A stretch of 62,759 nt of DNA, the filler included, from Asterionella formosa (lineage: Eukaryota): the NCBI GenBank assembly GCA_002256025.1. It is 18 parts of 18 records of this genome, joined end to end, with 100 filler letters (N's around TTAATTAATTAA, not from the genome) between each part and the next. Parts side by side here need not be neighbours in the genome. Positions count along the whole stretch, not along the records: positions 36,870 to 57,328 come from NKIB01003360.1; 17 more parts are not named here. The stretch is one strand, 5' to 3'. Shown here in pieces: positions 36,770 to 49,164 of this stretch. Under the pieces are notes generated by a model. The model saw only the letters and a list, made by a program, of their open reading frames with translations. It did no database searches and had not been told where the DNA came from. Both the position numbers and the translations under genes were made by a program. How positions within the stretch are numbered: the first letter of the stretch is position 1; the number at the start of each line of letters is the position of its first letter.

Positions 36770-38039
36770 NNNNNNNNNNNNNNNNNNNNNNNNNNNNNNN
36801 NNNNNNNNNNNNNTTAATTAATTAANNNNNNNNNNNNNNNNNNNNNNNNNNNNNNNNNNNNNNNNNNNNGTATGATAGGGTATATAAACATTGAGCGATG
36901 GAGAACGTTTATGTATATATTTATTGAATTCGAAAAGGAATCTATGTATGTACGCGCAAATTTCCAGTGATTCAAATATTTCAATTGGAATCACGTTATT
37001 CAAAATTAACTCATAAAAATTCTTAGTTCCAGGGAATTTCGGCAACCCTAAGCAATATTTTAATTTTTGCCTAGGGGTTCAAATACAGGAACCTTAATAT
37101 GACAATTATTTCCGTCTTGTGAAAAATGAGAGAGTTCTTCACCTCGCAAGAAAAACGCGACTTCGTGTTGTTATCGGCGATCTCAATTTTCGTTGTCATT
37201 ATTAGTGTTATTACTTTACTTCTTTTACGATTGTATTTTCCATGTTATTCTTAATACAGGTAGCAAGTAGCAAAGCGTCGTTCTCTATTTTCGTGGAGAT
37301 AATTCGTATTTTCGTCATGGTCAAGGTTGCGACAACATCATGAAGGATTCTCTAGCTGCTCACAGCCACTACCTGTCGTCTCTTGTGTTTTGTATGTACA
37401 AAAGAATCGCAAAATGGTAGCTAAATTATTACATACTAGTGCCTACGAGGACAAAAAGAATTATAGCACGTTACTTTGTCTATGACAAGAAAATTATTGG
37501 GTGTTTGGTTCCACCTCGAGAAAAATGTACAGGGGGGTCCAGCAACCATAGGGGGGTCCAGGACAATGAAGTATACGGTAGTTGGTTTGAGTTTTTTACC
37601 GAAAGGTTATTACCATGGGTATAAGAAGGCTAAGTTTCGCTTATCCCGGACCTCCCAGGCAAAAATCTTGAAATCCTTCGTTCAAGGGACCTGGTACCGA
37701 GTCTTTTTGGACTGAGAGTTAAACAGCAAAACATACCTGCGCAAGAACGTTTTGCACATACAAAATCCGATTCCAATATTTTGGCGACTGTTGAAAAAGC
37801 CGATCGGGTCGACTTTTTGGAGGAGGGATTGCTCTACATCTGGGGGGTTTCATCAAGATTGAAGTAAATAGCCATGTGTACCCTATAACGTCAGGAGTTA
37901 ACTTCTGGAGAGAAACTGCAGTAATGTTTGAAACAAAACAATGTCTACACTCAGCAACGTAGATATATTATAACGTTTAAATATCATTTTCGTTTGTTTA
38001 AAATGGAACTCAAGTAGTCTATCATGCCAGTACCACCAG

Positions 38040-39560
38040 GTACCACTAGGTTATAATATTTATTTATTGGCGCAACAGCACTTCAACAACTCATAATAAA
38101 CGAGTTATTACGGCACACAACTTAATTGCACTGCCGCAAACATGCCATAGTAATGATGTGGAAAAGTCTTGAAACAACAAGCTAATTATTTATGTAGCTT
38201 CAGCTTCTCCTATGTGTTGAAAAAGTCCTGCAGGCTCAATGGGGTAAAACTGATTTGGACCAAAAACTGTCGACAGCCAATTTTGGGCTACTATAACCAA
38301 AGAACTGGTATGAGATTGCAGTGTTCAAGTACAAACACTGCTGATCCTTATATGCACAGGAAGAACTTTGTCTAATACAGATTTATAATATTTCAAATAT
38401 TCATCTCAAACCGTGTGATTTTGCTATGACTATATGCAAGCATGGCATCTTCTGCCATGACTGAAAGCAGCAATTATGACACTCTATTTGAACACCATTT
38501 TCTCGCCCATTCCACTTCCAAACTTATTGGGGAATGCCTCCTTGCATTATGATTGTCAACAGCATGCCAGTGGGGAATGACTCGTTGCATTGTGATTGTC
38601 AACAGCATGCCAAAACTTATAGTGGTTGTAGAAAACCACTGTAAATGTCATCTTTCTCTGTTATTCATGATCTACGCACACTTTCCCCTCCACCATTCTC
38701 ATTCCACCATTTTTTCAATCCATCTGAGTGGTTACAGGTTTGCCATCAACCTTTTGATCAATGATAAACATAATTGAATCATTCCAGAGCTCCAAAGGAA
38801 AGATTAAATGAAATAACTGGAAGGCAGTCGACTTCAATAGAATTGAAAATGATGAAAATATTGGATGCTCTGCCATTGATCCATTCAACTTGCTCCTGTC
38901 GCGAATTCCTGACATATCTCACTCATTGGCAAACAAATTTTTTGCAACTTCATTATGAAAAAACATTTTCAGATGCTGGGGCATTGTCAACACCATTATC
39001 AACAAATCTAGCTGGGATGGCAATATTGTCAGTGTCAAGAACTGCACCAGTAGTACACTTTACAAGTTTGAGAAGCTCTGAATGCATCACTTCACCTTCT
39101 GCTGCCTCCTCAAGTAAATAATCGCCTTCATCATAGTAAAAGGTGTCTGGATCACCATCGGAAATGACAGCTCCTCAGTTGTATCAACATCATCTACAGT
39201 CCTGGGAGCAGTGACCATAATGGCTATCGCATGATCCTTACCTCCGATTTCCTTGAGCTCCCTCTGCCAAAAGTTCATTCTTTCAAGTCAATGGTCTTTT
39301 GAGATGTTCACATGATGATTTCGGACCCACAGAGAAGGGTGAATGTACTTGGAAACAAGGCACAAAACGACGGCACCTTTGCCCATAGTCAAATTTTGTT
39401 TTCGCGCCATCCTGCCCAGATTTTTTTGAGATTTTTTGGCAGGCAGACTTCTCATGTATCTGAAATTTTTAAACCTACGGTATATAAGCTTATTGCCATT
39501 CATACCTCCAGAAACATACAGTTCTGTAGATTAAGATTAACTTTTCAGAAACGAAATATC
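38040..39560 (-). mobile_element. Degenerate piggyBac-like transposase
   Basis: VFYNHYKFWHAVDNHNA..HSP and NHNARRHSPISLEEVEWARKWCSNRV near 38480..38650, with multiple stops and frameshifts. Confidence 0.5.
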
Positions 39561-39677
39561 CATTGAATTGAGCTGGGGGCAAGGGATTTAAAACCCAGAC
39601 TGAATCCAGTCTATTAGACTGGAATCAGTGTCGGCGGAAAGAATCCGTTACTCAATTCACATGCACATTCCTAGGGA

Positions 39678-40790
39678 ATGGAATGCATTCAACTGGTACC
39701 CATGTCTGTCCTGACTTCTCAATCAAACGATGAAGCTTCTGGGATCAAAACGAAGATTGCTGATCGCAAACGAAGAAGAGAAAGCTCCGTGTCGAACACT
39801 TCGTTGAAACCAACAAACAACAAACCGAAATTGAGCAATGGTCGTTGTCCCAGTGTGGGCGAACGATACGAAAAGATTGGACGCGTTGGAGAAGGAACGT
39901 ACGGCATTGTGTACAAGGCCCGAGACAAACACACAAACCAGCTGGTGGCCCTCAAACGGTGTTTACCTCACCAGGAAGCCACTGAAGGGTTTCCGCTAAC
40001 TACACTTCGGGAGATTGCTACGCTCCAAAGCAGCCAACACCATCCAAACATTATTCGACTCCAAACAGTGGCAGTCTCATCCTCGGCTGTCTTTCTCGTG
40101 TTTGACTACTGCCCTCATGATCTGGCTCAGCTAGTTGATCAGCACTATCAGATACATCGCAAGTCACCGTTTTCTCTGCCTCAAGTCAAGCGTCTCTTGT
40201 TGCAACTCTTCTCAGCGCTGGAATTTATACATGCTCGTAACATATTACATCGTGATTTAAAGCTCGCCAATTTGTTATATGATGGTGAGCTGAAATTGGC
40301 AGACTTTGGACTGAGTCGCAAGTACAAAGTACAATTGACCCCCAAGGTGATGTCATTGTGGTATCGACCACCAGAGCTGTTGTTGGGTGCCTCCAGGTAT
40401 GACGAGTCCATCGACATTTGGGGTGCTGGCTGTGTCATGGGAGAACTGCTATTGGGAAAACCACTTTGGACATGCAAGACAGAGATGGAAATGATCAGAA
40501 CACTCTTCAATGAACTAGGCACACCACATGAGGCCATATGGTCAGGTATTTTAGAACTACCCTTGATTGCAAATGAGACCATTGAACTTCCTACCATAGT
40601 TTTACCTGCAAAACTGTGGGATCGCTTTCCTGAAATATCACCAGTTGGTCTCACATTATTTTCCAATTTAATGATGTGGGATCCCAGTAAACGATGGACT
40701 GCTCAACAGGCAAGCAAGTCGATTTATTTTGATGAATTGCCCATGCCAACACCAGACAGTGCCATGCCAAGATTCCATGACAGAAAATAG
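39678..40790 (+). CDS. CDK10: Cyclin-dependent kinase, CDK10/11 (PITSLRE-like) family, intronless
   Basis: GEGTYGIVYKA, VALK, EGFPLTTLRE, HRDLK, ADFG and LWYRPPELLLG. The true start may be the ATG at 39702. Confidence 0.88.
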   Translation: MECIQLVPMSVLTSQSNDEASGIKTKIADRKRRRESSVSNTSLKPTNNKPKLSNGRCPSVGERYEKIGRVGEGTYGIVYKARDKHTNQLVALKRCLPHQEATEGFPLTTLREIATLQSSQHHPNIIRLQTVAVSSSAVFLVFDYCPHDLAQLVDQHYQIHRKSPFSLPQVKRLLLQLFSALEFIHARNILHRDLKLANLLYDGELKLADFGLSRKYKVQLTPKVMSLWYRPPELLLGASRYDESIDIWGAGCVMGELLLGKPLWTCKTEMEMIRTLFNELGTPHEAIWSGILELPLIANETIELPTIVLPAKLWDRFPEISPVGLTLFSNLMMWDPSKRWTAQQASKSIYFDELPMPTPDSAMPRFHDRK

Positions 40791-40809
40791 CCAAGCGATT
40801 TCAAGAATT

Positions 40810-41760
40810 ACTTGGCACTGCCATCATGGTCAAATTTAGAATTGGATGAGAAAAGTCGGAGGTGAACATCAGTTCAAAGTTCGTCTCCCACTCAGGTGTA
40901 AAATGAGAGTAAGTAGTTCCTCTTTTGCACCAGTCTGATGCCTGGCTTGGTGGTTGGCAATTACTACATCTTTCACAACTTCTCCCCAAACCGATATACC
41001 ATACAGTTCCCCCCATACACCAAGACGAGTTAGTAAGTCATTCGTCTCATCCGCAGCAGTCTCCAAATGACCAACAAAAGTAATATAATTCCAATAACTA
41101 TCGCCTACTTACTGGAGATGACTGGGATGCCCAATGTGGGTGAGGGTATTAGTGAATGAATTTTAGCAAGTCCTTCAAGTCTTTTGATCGGATTGTTAAT
41201 TTCACTCCGACAATGCTCAGATGCATTGTCATGGTGGCATCATTTTTCCTTGACAAATTAGTCTCTTGCCCTCACCCCCTTGTCAGTGTAGGCGGACACC
41301 AGTTGCTCGTTGGGGCCACGCACAAACATGGGTCTTGTCCAATTTAGTGAATTCAATATATCATATGCATTTTCAGGAGTATAATGATAAAGGTAAACAA
41401 GTCCATTCATTGCCGGATTATGTGGCACACCACCGGGCTCGTTCTTTCTGTAGTCATCATGACCCATGATTCGTTGGAAGAGTTGCTTGAAGATGGTGCA
41501 TCCAACCTTGGCAATGGTGACAAATATGAGATTATGTCCTTCGACAACAATAGACAGGCAGTCCTAGCATTGTGTGGCGCCCTTGTTGATTGGGTCATTT
41601 TCAGGAATGATGGTAGAATTACTATTAAGTGCACTGGAAATGTCGTTCCACATTTTGTCGTACCAAAAATTGTTTTTTGTTCTCAAGGCTTCCGTAGCGT
41701 TTTAAGATTCAAGAGCAGTCCAGTCAGTAGTCTTGATTTTCAGATCAAGCACTGTTTGTT
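40810..41760 (-). pseudogene. Carbohydrate sulfotransferase (Sulfotransfer_2-like) pseudogene
   Basis: *DCLSIVVEGHNLIFVTIAKVGCTIFKQLFQRIMG...PHNP..NGL.YL...MFVRGPNEQLVSAYTDK and YWNYITFVGHLETAADE, broken by stops and frameshifts. Confidence 0.75.
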
Positions 41761-42177
41761 TGTTCATTATCTTTTACATATAGGCCAAAATCTACCATAG
41801 CCTTTCCAGCTCGGGAGGAGTACAATAAACCAGCCAATGATTATTTGATCCTGTCGTGTGTGGAGAAAGATTTGCAGCAAATATACTAGCAAGGCTGTTC
41901 CATGTAAGTATGGCATCAGTACCAGCAACATTGGTTGCTGAAACACTAACAGGATGTATGGGACTTTCAGGACATAGTCGAAAAGTAAAGTCAGTAATTT
42001 CAGTTGGCGGAGAATGAATCAGAAAATATTAGGATTTATTCATACTCTTCCTTCTTTATTCTTCGTCATTGACTTTATCATCCGAAAGACTCTACCATTC
42101 CATCATTCCTTTCCCAATCAAGATTACTATACTACCATTACTTGTAGGAAACATAGATTCGGCTTTTTAAAAATAAC

Positions 42178-43189
42178 TCAGCACAATTCTTGGCAGTCGT
42201 TCCCACAATTGCAAATCAATGGTGGACAAAAGTATATATTTGGTATGGCATAACACACTTGAGTTGGAACGTGGCCCTCGAAATTGTTCATTCCGAACTC
42301 CACTAGTTCTGTTATGCAATTGCAAAATTTAGTATCTCATGGAATGTGCAACATGGCTGCACCAAACGATTTCGAGTACATTACAACCACTTACCTAAAT
42401 TTCTTAGGTTACCAATTTCGGTAGGTATTGTGCCATTAAAATGGTTGGCTTGAATCCGAAAATCAGTGAGATCACTAAGTAGACCGACTTCTGAAGGAAT
42501 CGTTCCAGAGAACTGGTTATCGTGTAGATACAATAATTGTATTACTGTCAAGAATCCATTCTCTATAGGAAGCATGCCAATGAACTGGTTACTGGACACA
42601 TCTAATACTTGTTCGTCAAATTGCCGACCTCCATGGGAAGTGTGCCACTGAAAGAATTATCAGACAAATTAAATCTTTTCATTTCTGTCAAGAATCCAAT
42701 CTCGGCGGAAAGTGCGCCAGTAAAACTGTTAAAGGACAGCCACAAGTCGCTCAGATATTTCAAGTTTCCAATATCTGGGGGAACCATGCCAGTGAACTGA
42801 TTATCATACAGATATAACCCTACCAGATCTGTCAAAAATACGACCTCCTTGGGAAGTGTACCATTGAATTTGTTACTGCTTACATCCAAATATTTGAGGT
42901 TGGTCAAACGGGCAATCTCGGTGGCGGGAAGTGTCCCAGAAAACTGATTTCCTTGGAGATGCAATTGAAACAAACCCTCCAAGGATCCAACCTCCTGGGA
43001 AGCATGCCAGTGAATTCGTTGCTTTGTACCTCCAAGAAATTGAGCTTATTCAAATCGGCAATCTCCACGGGGATACTACCAGTCAACTTATTTACCCCCA
43101 GTAGCAATGCCGTGAGGCCTGTCAACATTCCAATTTCCTTTGGAAATGCACCAGTCAACTCGTTTTCAAATAATGGTATGCTGAGCGAC
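42178..43189 (-). pseudogene. Plant-type LRR (receptor-like) protein, frameshifted, 5' part missing
   Basis: About 11 LxxLxLxxNxFxGxxPxEIG repeats over three frames, an intron at ~42310..42394 and a Cys-rich last exon (...LICNCGNDCQELC*). Confidence 0.85.
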
Positions 43190-44941
43190 CTATAAACGAG
43201 TCATGGATAATGGGTGATCTCGAAATCATGAAATATACGAATTATTATATACCGGTATATCTATACAACACATACAATTGAACAATCGGAACTTCATGCA
43301 TGGTTCAAAAGAATATGTATCATACAATCAAGCATGTTGGAAGTTCGGAGGAATTGCTAATTGCAATTTCCTTACAGGAGTCATGAAGCTGTCATGTCGC
43401 TAGTATTACTCATGGTAAAATACGGCACGATTGTGGTATACTAATAGCTTATCAATCAGCACAGAAAGTGCAGGGACCCTTGGATCGCTCTCATCACCAT
43501 TCTAATCTCCACCTCAAATACTGTCGCGCACAATTCACTGCTGACCATTCGTCTCCACGTCAATTGTAGTAGACCGCTGCCACGTTTCAATCATGACAGG
43601 TATATAAAATGGATGTCGATACAACATAGGTTTGGTGAAACCATAACAAGTCTAGAATAGAAAGGGCTGGAATTATGAGTGCCGCGAAATTCGCGCCACT
43701 TGATGATTTTTGACGAAAAACCATCCCGACGTACGGGGACAAATCGAAGACTTCGTGCACCGCTTTCCTTGATGATGGATCCTGTATTGCATTTGGAGAT
43801 CATTTTGCTATGTCGGTAAGAGTCTTCCCCATAATTGGCATCATAAGAGCTACACAGTGACGCAACTCCGCCTTGTACATGATCTGTCATGAGCCTTCCT
43901 CGGTCTAGGATCTTAATTTGGTTTAGACCACTTATTGCCATCAGACTCCAAAGAGAAAAGGTTCTCCTACCTGAAGACTACAAACTTTATCCATGACAGA
44001 ATAAAGAATGAATCCCCTTTCGAAGGCTCTAGTATGTAAAAGAATCATTTTTTTGAGTTCTACCATCTTTGTTGTCGATGATGATGGATACTACTCCCAA
44101 TTTATCCTACTTTTGGGTTTCATCCTACCACACTGTGATCCCGAGGGGAAATTTTTGCTGCTCTGGTTTATTTCCCCAATGTCAGGCAGTAGTCGCCCTA
44201 TTAATGGACTGAGGATGGATTGCGCTCCCACCGAAATAATGGTTATTCGTATCTTACTCCCTGCTCAAAAGTCTCTCCTGAATCTGACATGTAAATATGG
44301 CTGTCTTACAAAGTGAATAAATGCGCATTCCATTATCTCCCTAAATAATTTCAAGGCTTGCTCTTGTCGTTGTCCTCATTGTCTTAGCAGAACATCATCA
44401 CCATGGCATCATTAATCGCTGCAGGCATCATCCATTCTTGCAAGAATAAACATCATGTAGATTAACTAATTAATATTAAGTACAAAAGATGCCATCATTT
44501 CATATAATGAAATGTGAACAGGGCATCTTTGCGAATGCGGATTGTGCGAAATACACATAACTTGCCCTGCAACCGCCGCTTGCTCAATTGATGCCAATCC
44601 AAAGGTCCATCCTTGATGTTGATGGATTGCACTTCTTCATTACTATGGCACAGTTGCTAGAAGAGTAATGGTACATTTTGTGAACACGCAAGGTGCTTCC
44701 ATTGGATCTGAATATATCATTATTCTTTACTACCATATTAGAAATGATGTATGAACATCATTTGCTCACTATTTGTTGCTTGTTTAAATAGGAAAGATGT
44801 AATGAACATAAGTAACTATATGTATAGATGTATTTACTGTTCTCGTTTTGCATGATAATATGGAATACACCAATCATGTTAGAAATTGAATGTAAATTCC
44901 TCTGAAAGTTGTTGGCTGTAGAGGGGCAACAGAAGGAAGAA

Positions 44942-45394
44942 TTACATATCCAAAGAAAAGATTGCATCAGAGTCAGCATCGTCATTTTGACCATGGAGCG
45001 TTTTGTGCCTTGAAAATGGTGATGCTGAACAATAGTAGTTTCCAAAGTAGTTCTCGTCTCTAGCCATGGTGTTGACAACAAGAGCCTCATCAGAATGAAA
45101 TGACGTCTGAAAGCCGGAATTACCACATTGTTTCGTATTGGGATTTCGAACCTTGGTACTACTTATTGAACTTAGTTGGTCCGCTTGTCGGGTCCGAATG
45201 ATGTTGTCAAGGGATGGGTTCGGTATCGATCGATTTCTAGCCGCCTTTCTCCTTCCTATAACGATTCGGCAAAACATGCAATAATCTCTATATTCGGCCG
45301 CATCTTCGTCTTGTACTGACTCTAGTTCCGATACAGTCCACTCCTGATCTCGTGGAATCTTGATGGGATCGGACTTGATAGTAGAAATCCTCAT
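44942..45394 (-). CDS. Uncharacterised 150-aa protein (paralog 1) with PIKIP, YRDYCMF and C-terminal IFSLDM
   Basis: Intact ORF conserved with 51492..51950; start chosen as the shared MRISTIK. Confidence 0.7.
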   Translation of the reverse strand: MRISTIKSDPIKIPRDQEWTVSELESVQDEDAAEYRDYCMFCRIVIGRRKAARNRSIPNPSLDNIIRTRQADQLSSISSTKVRNPNTKQCGNSGFQTSFHSDEALVVNTMARDENYFGNYYCSASPFSRHKTLHGQNDDADSDAIFSLDM

Positions 45395-46016
45395 GTTTGT
45401 AGGGGTCGTGTTAAGACTATGCTTTCGTTGATAGGCGATGCAGTGTTCGATGTTGACCTTCTGGTACAGCTCAGCAGGTACCGGGGTAACACTAATAGTA
45501 GAGTGAGTGTTACGATGCTGGCCCATTTGCGAAACACCAAGCGAAGATATGAGGATGTAGCAAAAGAGTTTCTTGGTATACTTTATGAGAAGAATTTGAA
45601 AAAGTGACAGAATGTGTTTTGCCACATCACTGGTAGAAATAGCCTGCATAATAACTGATCATGGAACACATCCTGTACCAGGTACACAAGACAAAGTGTG
45701 ATAACTGAAGCCAGGCCATTGCAGCAGAAATTGTGTTGTACCGCTACCACTTACCAGGTCATACTGGCACCTGATGGTACCGTACCTGGTACCTGGTACC
45801 TGGTACTGGACTTTAGACAATTCACACATTATTTATTTAATAGCTCAGAATACAACATCGAGAAATGGCCTTTCAATATTACAGATGTCAGCCTATTATA
45901 ATACCAGTAATAGATCTGAGCTACCGCTAAATATTGTTACCGGTAAGCAAATTAAGGCCATTCTGGTATCCTCTTCAGAACAATCAACGCACCACAATTG
46001 TTGGTTTGTCTGATGA

Positions 46017-46438
46017 TGTTAAAGTGAGCTCATCTACGTAGTTATGACTCGGAAGTCAAACGAGTCAAACGATTCGAATGAGTCCACTTTGATGTACCAA
46101 GCTCTCATCAACCACACATTATACTTTGCTACTCCGACTATAATGAGCCGGACAACATAAGCTATTTCGGAAGACCGATAGTTTGAAATGAATGATCATG
46201 GTTAAATACCTATGATCAGTAAGTGTGAGATAGACATGGGTCTATCTATGATTGTATGTTCCTAGAAATGCAAACAGCATTTGGAGAATAGTTCGTTTGT
46301 TTTGTTCAAACAGAACAACCTAAACTAGATTAGTAAACTCACAATAAGAATATAGAAACGGAAAGAGAAACGAACATCTCTATCTATAGTCTTCTTTGTC
46401 TAACGATATAGATCTACACAAAAGGTAATACTTTAACA
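46017..46438. mobile_element. Solo LTR, 422 bp
   Basis: Termini TGTTAAAGT...ACTTTAACA form a 9-bp inverted repeat; flanked on both sides by TGATGA. Confidence 0.8.
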
Positions 46439-46483
46439 TGATGATACCAGGGTATGGTAGAATATACCAAATTTGGTCAACTA

Positions 46484-48464
46484 GAGTTGACCTGACCAAA
46501 CCGGCACCCTGACCAATTTTGGATTTGACCTTGTGGTACAGCCCCCGTAGAACTTCCGTAGGATCTTGTATTATTTTTAGTTCATTCTATTATGCATGTT
46601 TTTTCATTATTATAAATGATTTCTAATGCTGCTGGCGCGCGCTACCCGAATCCGTCGTAAAAAGGCAGTTACACAATAGCAGTACAACAATTTTTATGTA
46701 CATCGCAAACTCAGTATTTTTGCGCTCTGGTGGATGAATGTTTATCATCTTCATTAATTTGCGTCACCTCCTCTTCTTGCTCACTGCACATTCAATTGCA
46801 ATAATCAAATGTGGGAGGCCGAAGACTAGGCAAGAACAGGTCTGGTGACATACGAGGGTGAGTAACAATGCCATTAATAATGGATGTACAGAGTTATTGC
46901 AATGTGCTCATTTTCTTGTTTACTTGTTCTGTTAGATGGATTCCTTTACGACGCGGATGACCTCCAAAGGATCAGTCTGATTTATCACACCAGAAACCAG
47001 TGACAGTAATAGCAAAAGCAATAACAACAATGATGAAGGTAGGAGCAACCAAGCCCAAGAAGCGCAGCCATTCAGTGATTACAGAAGAAATGAATGATGT
47101 TGAAAATTTAGTGAGTCAATCTCTGGTTTCGAAGAAGAATCATTGCGGTTGATACAAGAACTGGAACTTGCCTGGTAACATCAAAGTACTGTTGGAATAA
47201 TTGAACATCATGGGAGGGGGGAATTAGGCGAATATTGTGCGCACTCACAGAGTTCCAAGACCCACATTGTATGATGCAAGGAAATGATAATTTGGTCGGA
47301 ATTGCAGCCATAGATATGCTTCACCCAACTTGTCCTTCACCCAAATCTTTAGCAACATTGTCGGAAAGAGATGAGCTTCAAGGTATAGCTTGCTTCAGGG
47401 ATAAAAAAGATAATGGGATGATGAGGAAGGAGATGATTCTTTTAGTTATGGATTTTACTGGATGCTGTAAATGGAAGTAAGTTGAGAATCACTTGGACTT
47501 TCTGATCCGTGCTGGTAAGTTTCCTAATTTGAAGCGTGGAGGTCGAACAGTTTCTGCACAGAAGACAACTACAAAGCATTCCCAGATAACAATTGAGCAA
47601 CAGCTCCGCTGGCATGGTAACATAGAATCTGTTTGGGAAGAGCAACTCCAACTGTACCATCCAAATGAGAAGTTCAGTGTTCTGAAAGCCCATTTTATGT
47701 GCAATGTGGATGAGACTGGCGTAATGGTAAACCTTGGGTCAATAAAAGTGATGGGAGACTTTTCAAAGAGAAAATAAGAAAAGAATACTGATGATTGTTC
47801 CGACTCAATTTCAATTGTTACAATCAGCAATGCAGCAGGTTCCAGTTGTGGTCCGCCATGGATCTTTATTGCATCTGGCAAGAGAATGACAGTTAAACCT
47901 CTTCAAAATAATGAGGATACAATTGCTATGTGGAGAGACAAGCAGCTCCAGGACATGTTGAGGTATTTCACTGAGGACCCTCGACCAGTGAATTTCATGA
48001 AATTGGACAAAGAGAGATTGAGAAATGCTGTTAGAGCATCTGCCTGTTCGTGTCTGTTGAGAGGAGAGGGCTGGCTGCTATCAACCCCATAGCATCAGTT
48101 TAAACTACTAAACTAGAGCCGAGAGGAGTTGAAGCACACTAGACTTCATATTTGCATGTGATTCTACCGTGTTAAATATTTAGCTAGTACAACTAGCTAC
48201 CGTGCTTTTATTTGTTTTTATTTCTCCCGTAGCGCGCCCGCAGGGCGTGGTACTTGGCGAATTGGTAAGGATTCTGGGATTCTCGAAAATGGACGTTTTT
48301 GCGGAAACGACCATAAATATGCAATCTTTTTAGAATGGAAAAAGGTATTAGATAGTACGAAGGGTCAGCTATCGATTCCGCACTTTAAATTGCCGTTTCA
48401 AAGAACATGGGGGGCACACGATTTTTAGCGCCAAGAGAGTGTGTCAAACAGGTCAGGTCAACTC
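46484..48464 (+). mobile_element. pogo/Fot1-like (Tc1-mariner superfamily) DNA transposon, internally deleted and degenerate
   Basis: TIRs GAGTTGACCTGACC / GGTCAGGTCAACTC with TA on both sides; transposase remnants CNVDETG and ISNAAGSSCGPPWIFIASGK. Confidence 0.8.
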
Positions 48465-49072
48465 TAATGACGTCAGGAAGGAGTCGTTTTGAAACCTTAT
48501 CATGCATGTTGCAGATGCACTAGGTTAATTTTCGTCTCTAACATGATTGCATGACAGGGTGGACAAGCTCAAAGACTTTTTATCCAAGCATGTGACATTG
48601 ATACATTTAGGATGACTCAGACTGAGAAAGTATCATGCAGACACTTTGTTCACACTGACCTTTAAAAATCAGCGTGTCGAAATCGGGAAGAACTTTTTGC
48701 TTAACTCCAATTAACGTGGGTCAATCATACTAAGTAGGCAAGAAAACATGAGCTTAAAACCCTGTGTCGCTCAGCATTCCATTAAAACTAGCTGCAAGAA
48801 CGCAGCCAATCTACAAAAGTCAAAGAAGGCTGAGATGAAAAAGCAAAGGAGAGGGTTGAAGGCACAAATTTAACTTTTAACAACTATTGGGAATAATACA
48901 ATTAATTACTAATCGTTCAGCAAGCTCGATTATAAGGTAGTATGACTGATGATGTGGTTGCATACAAATTAGCAGATGTACAAAATATTATGCTTATCCC
49001 AAAAGTTGCATGGAACATCACGCCATTTTGTTTTCTTTGATCGGATTATGATGTTGCTCTAGATCTAAGTCG

Positions 49073-49164
49073 TATCTTGTGTAAAAGTGATTCCCAAAAG
49101 GCTTTTAGAAATTTTCTTGAAATGATGAGTATAATTCTTTTGGGGAATCAGTTTTCACAAGATA
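49073..49164. repeat. ~28-bp imperfect inverted repeat (possible mini-MITE)
   Basis: TATCTTGTGTAAAAGTGATTCCCAAAAG ... CTTTTGGGGAATCAGTTTTCACAAGATA. Confidence 0.6.
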
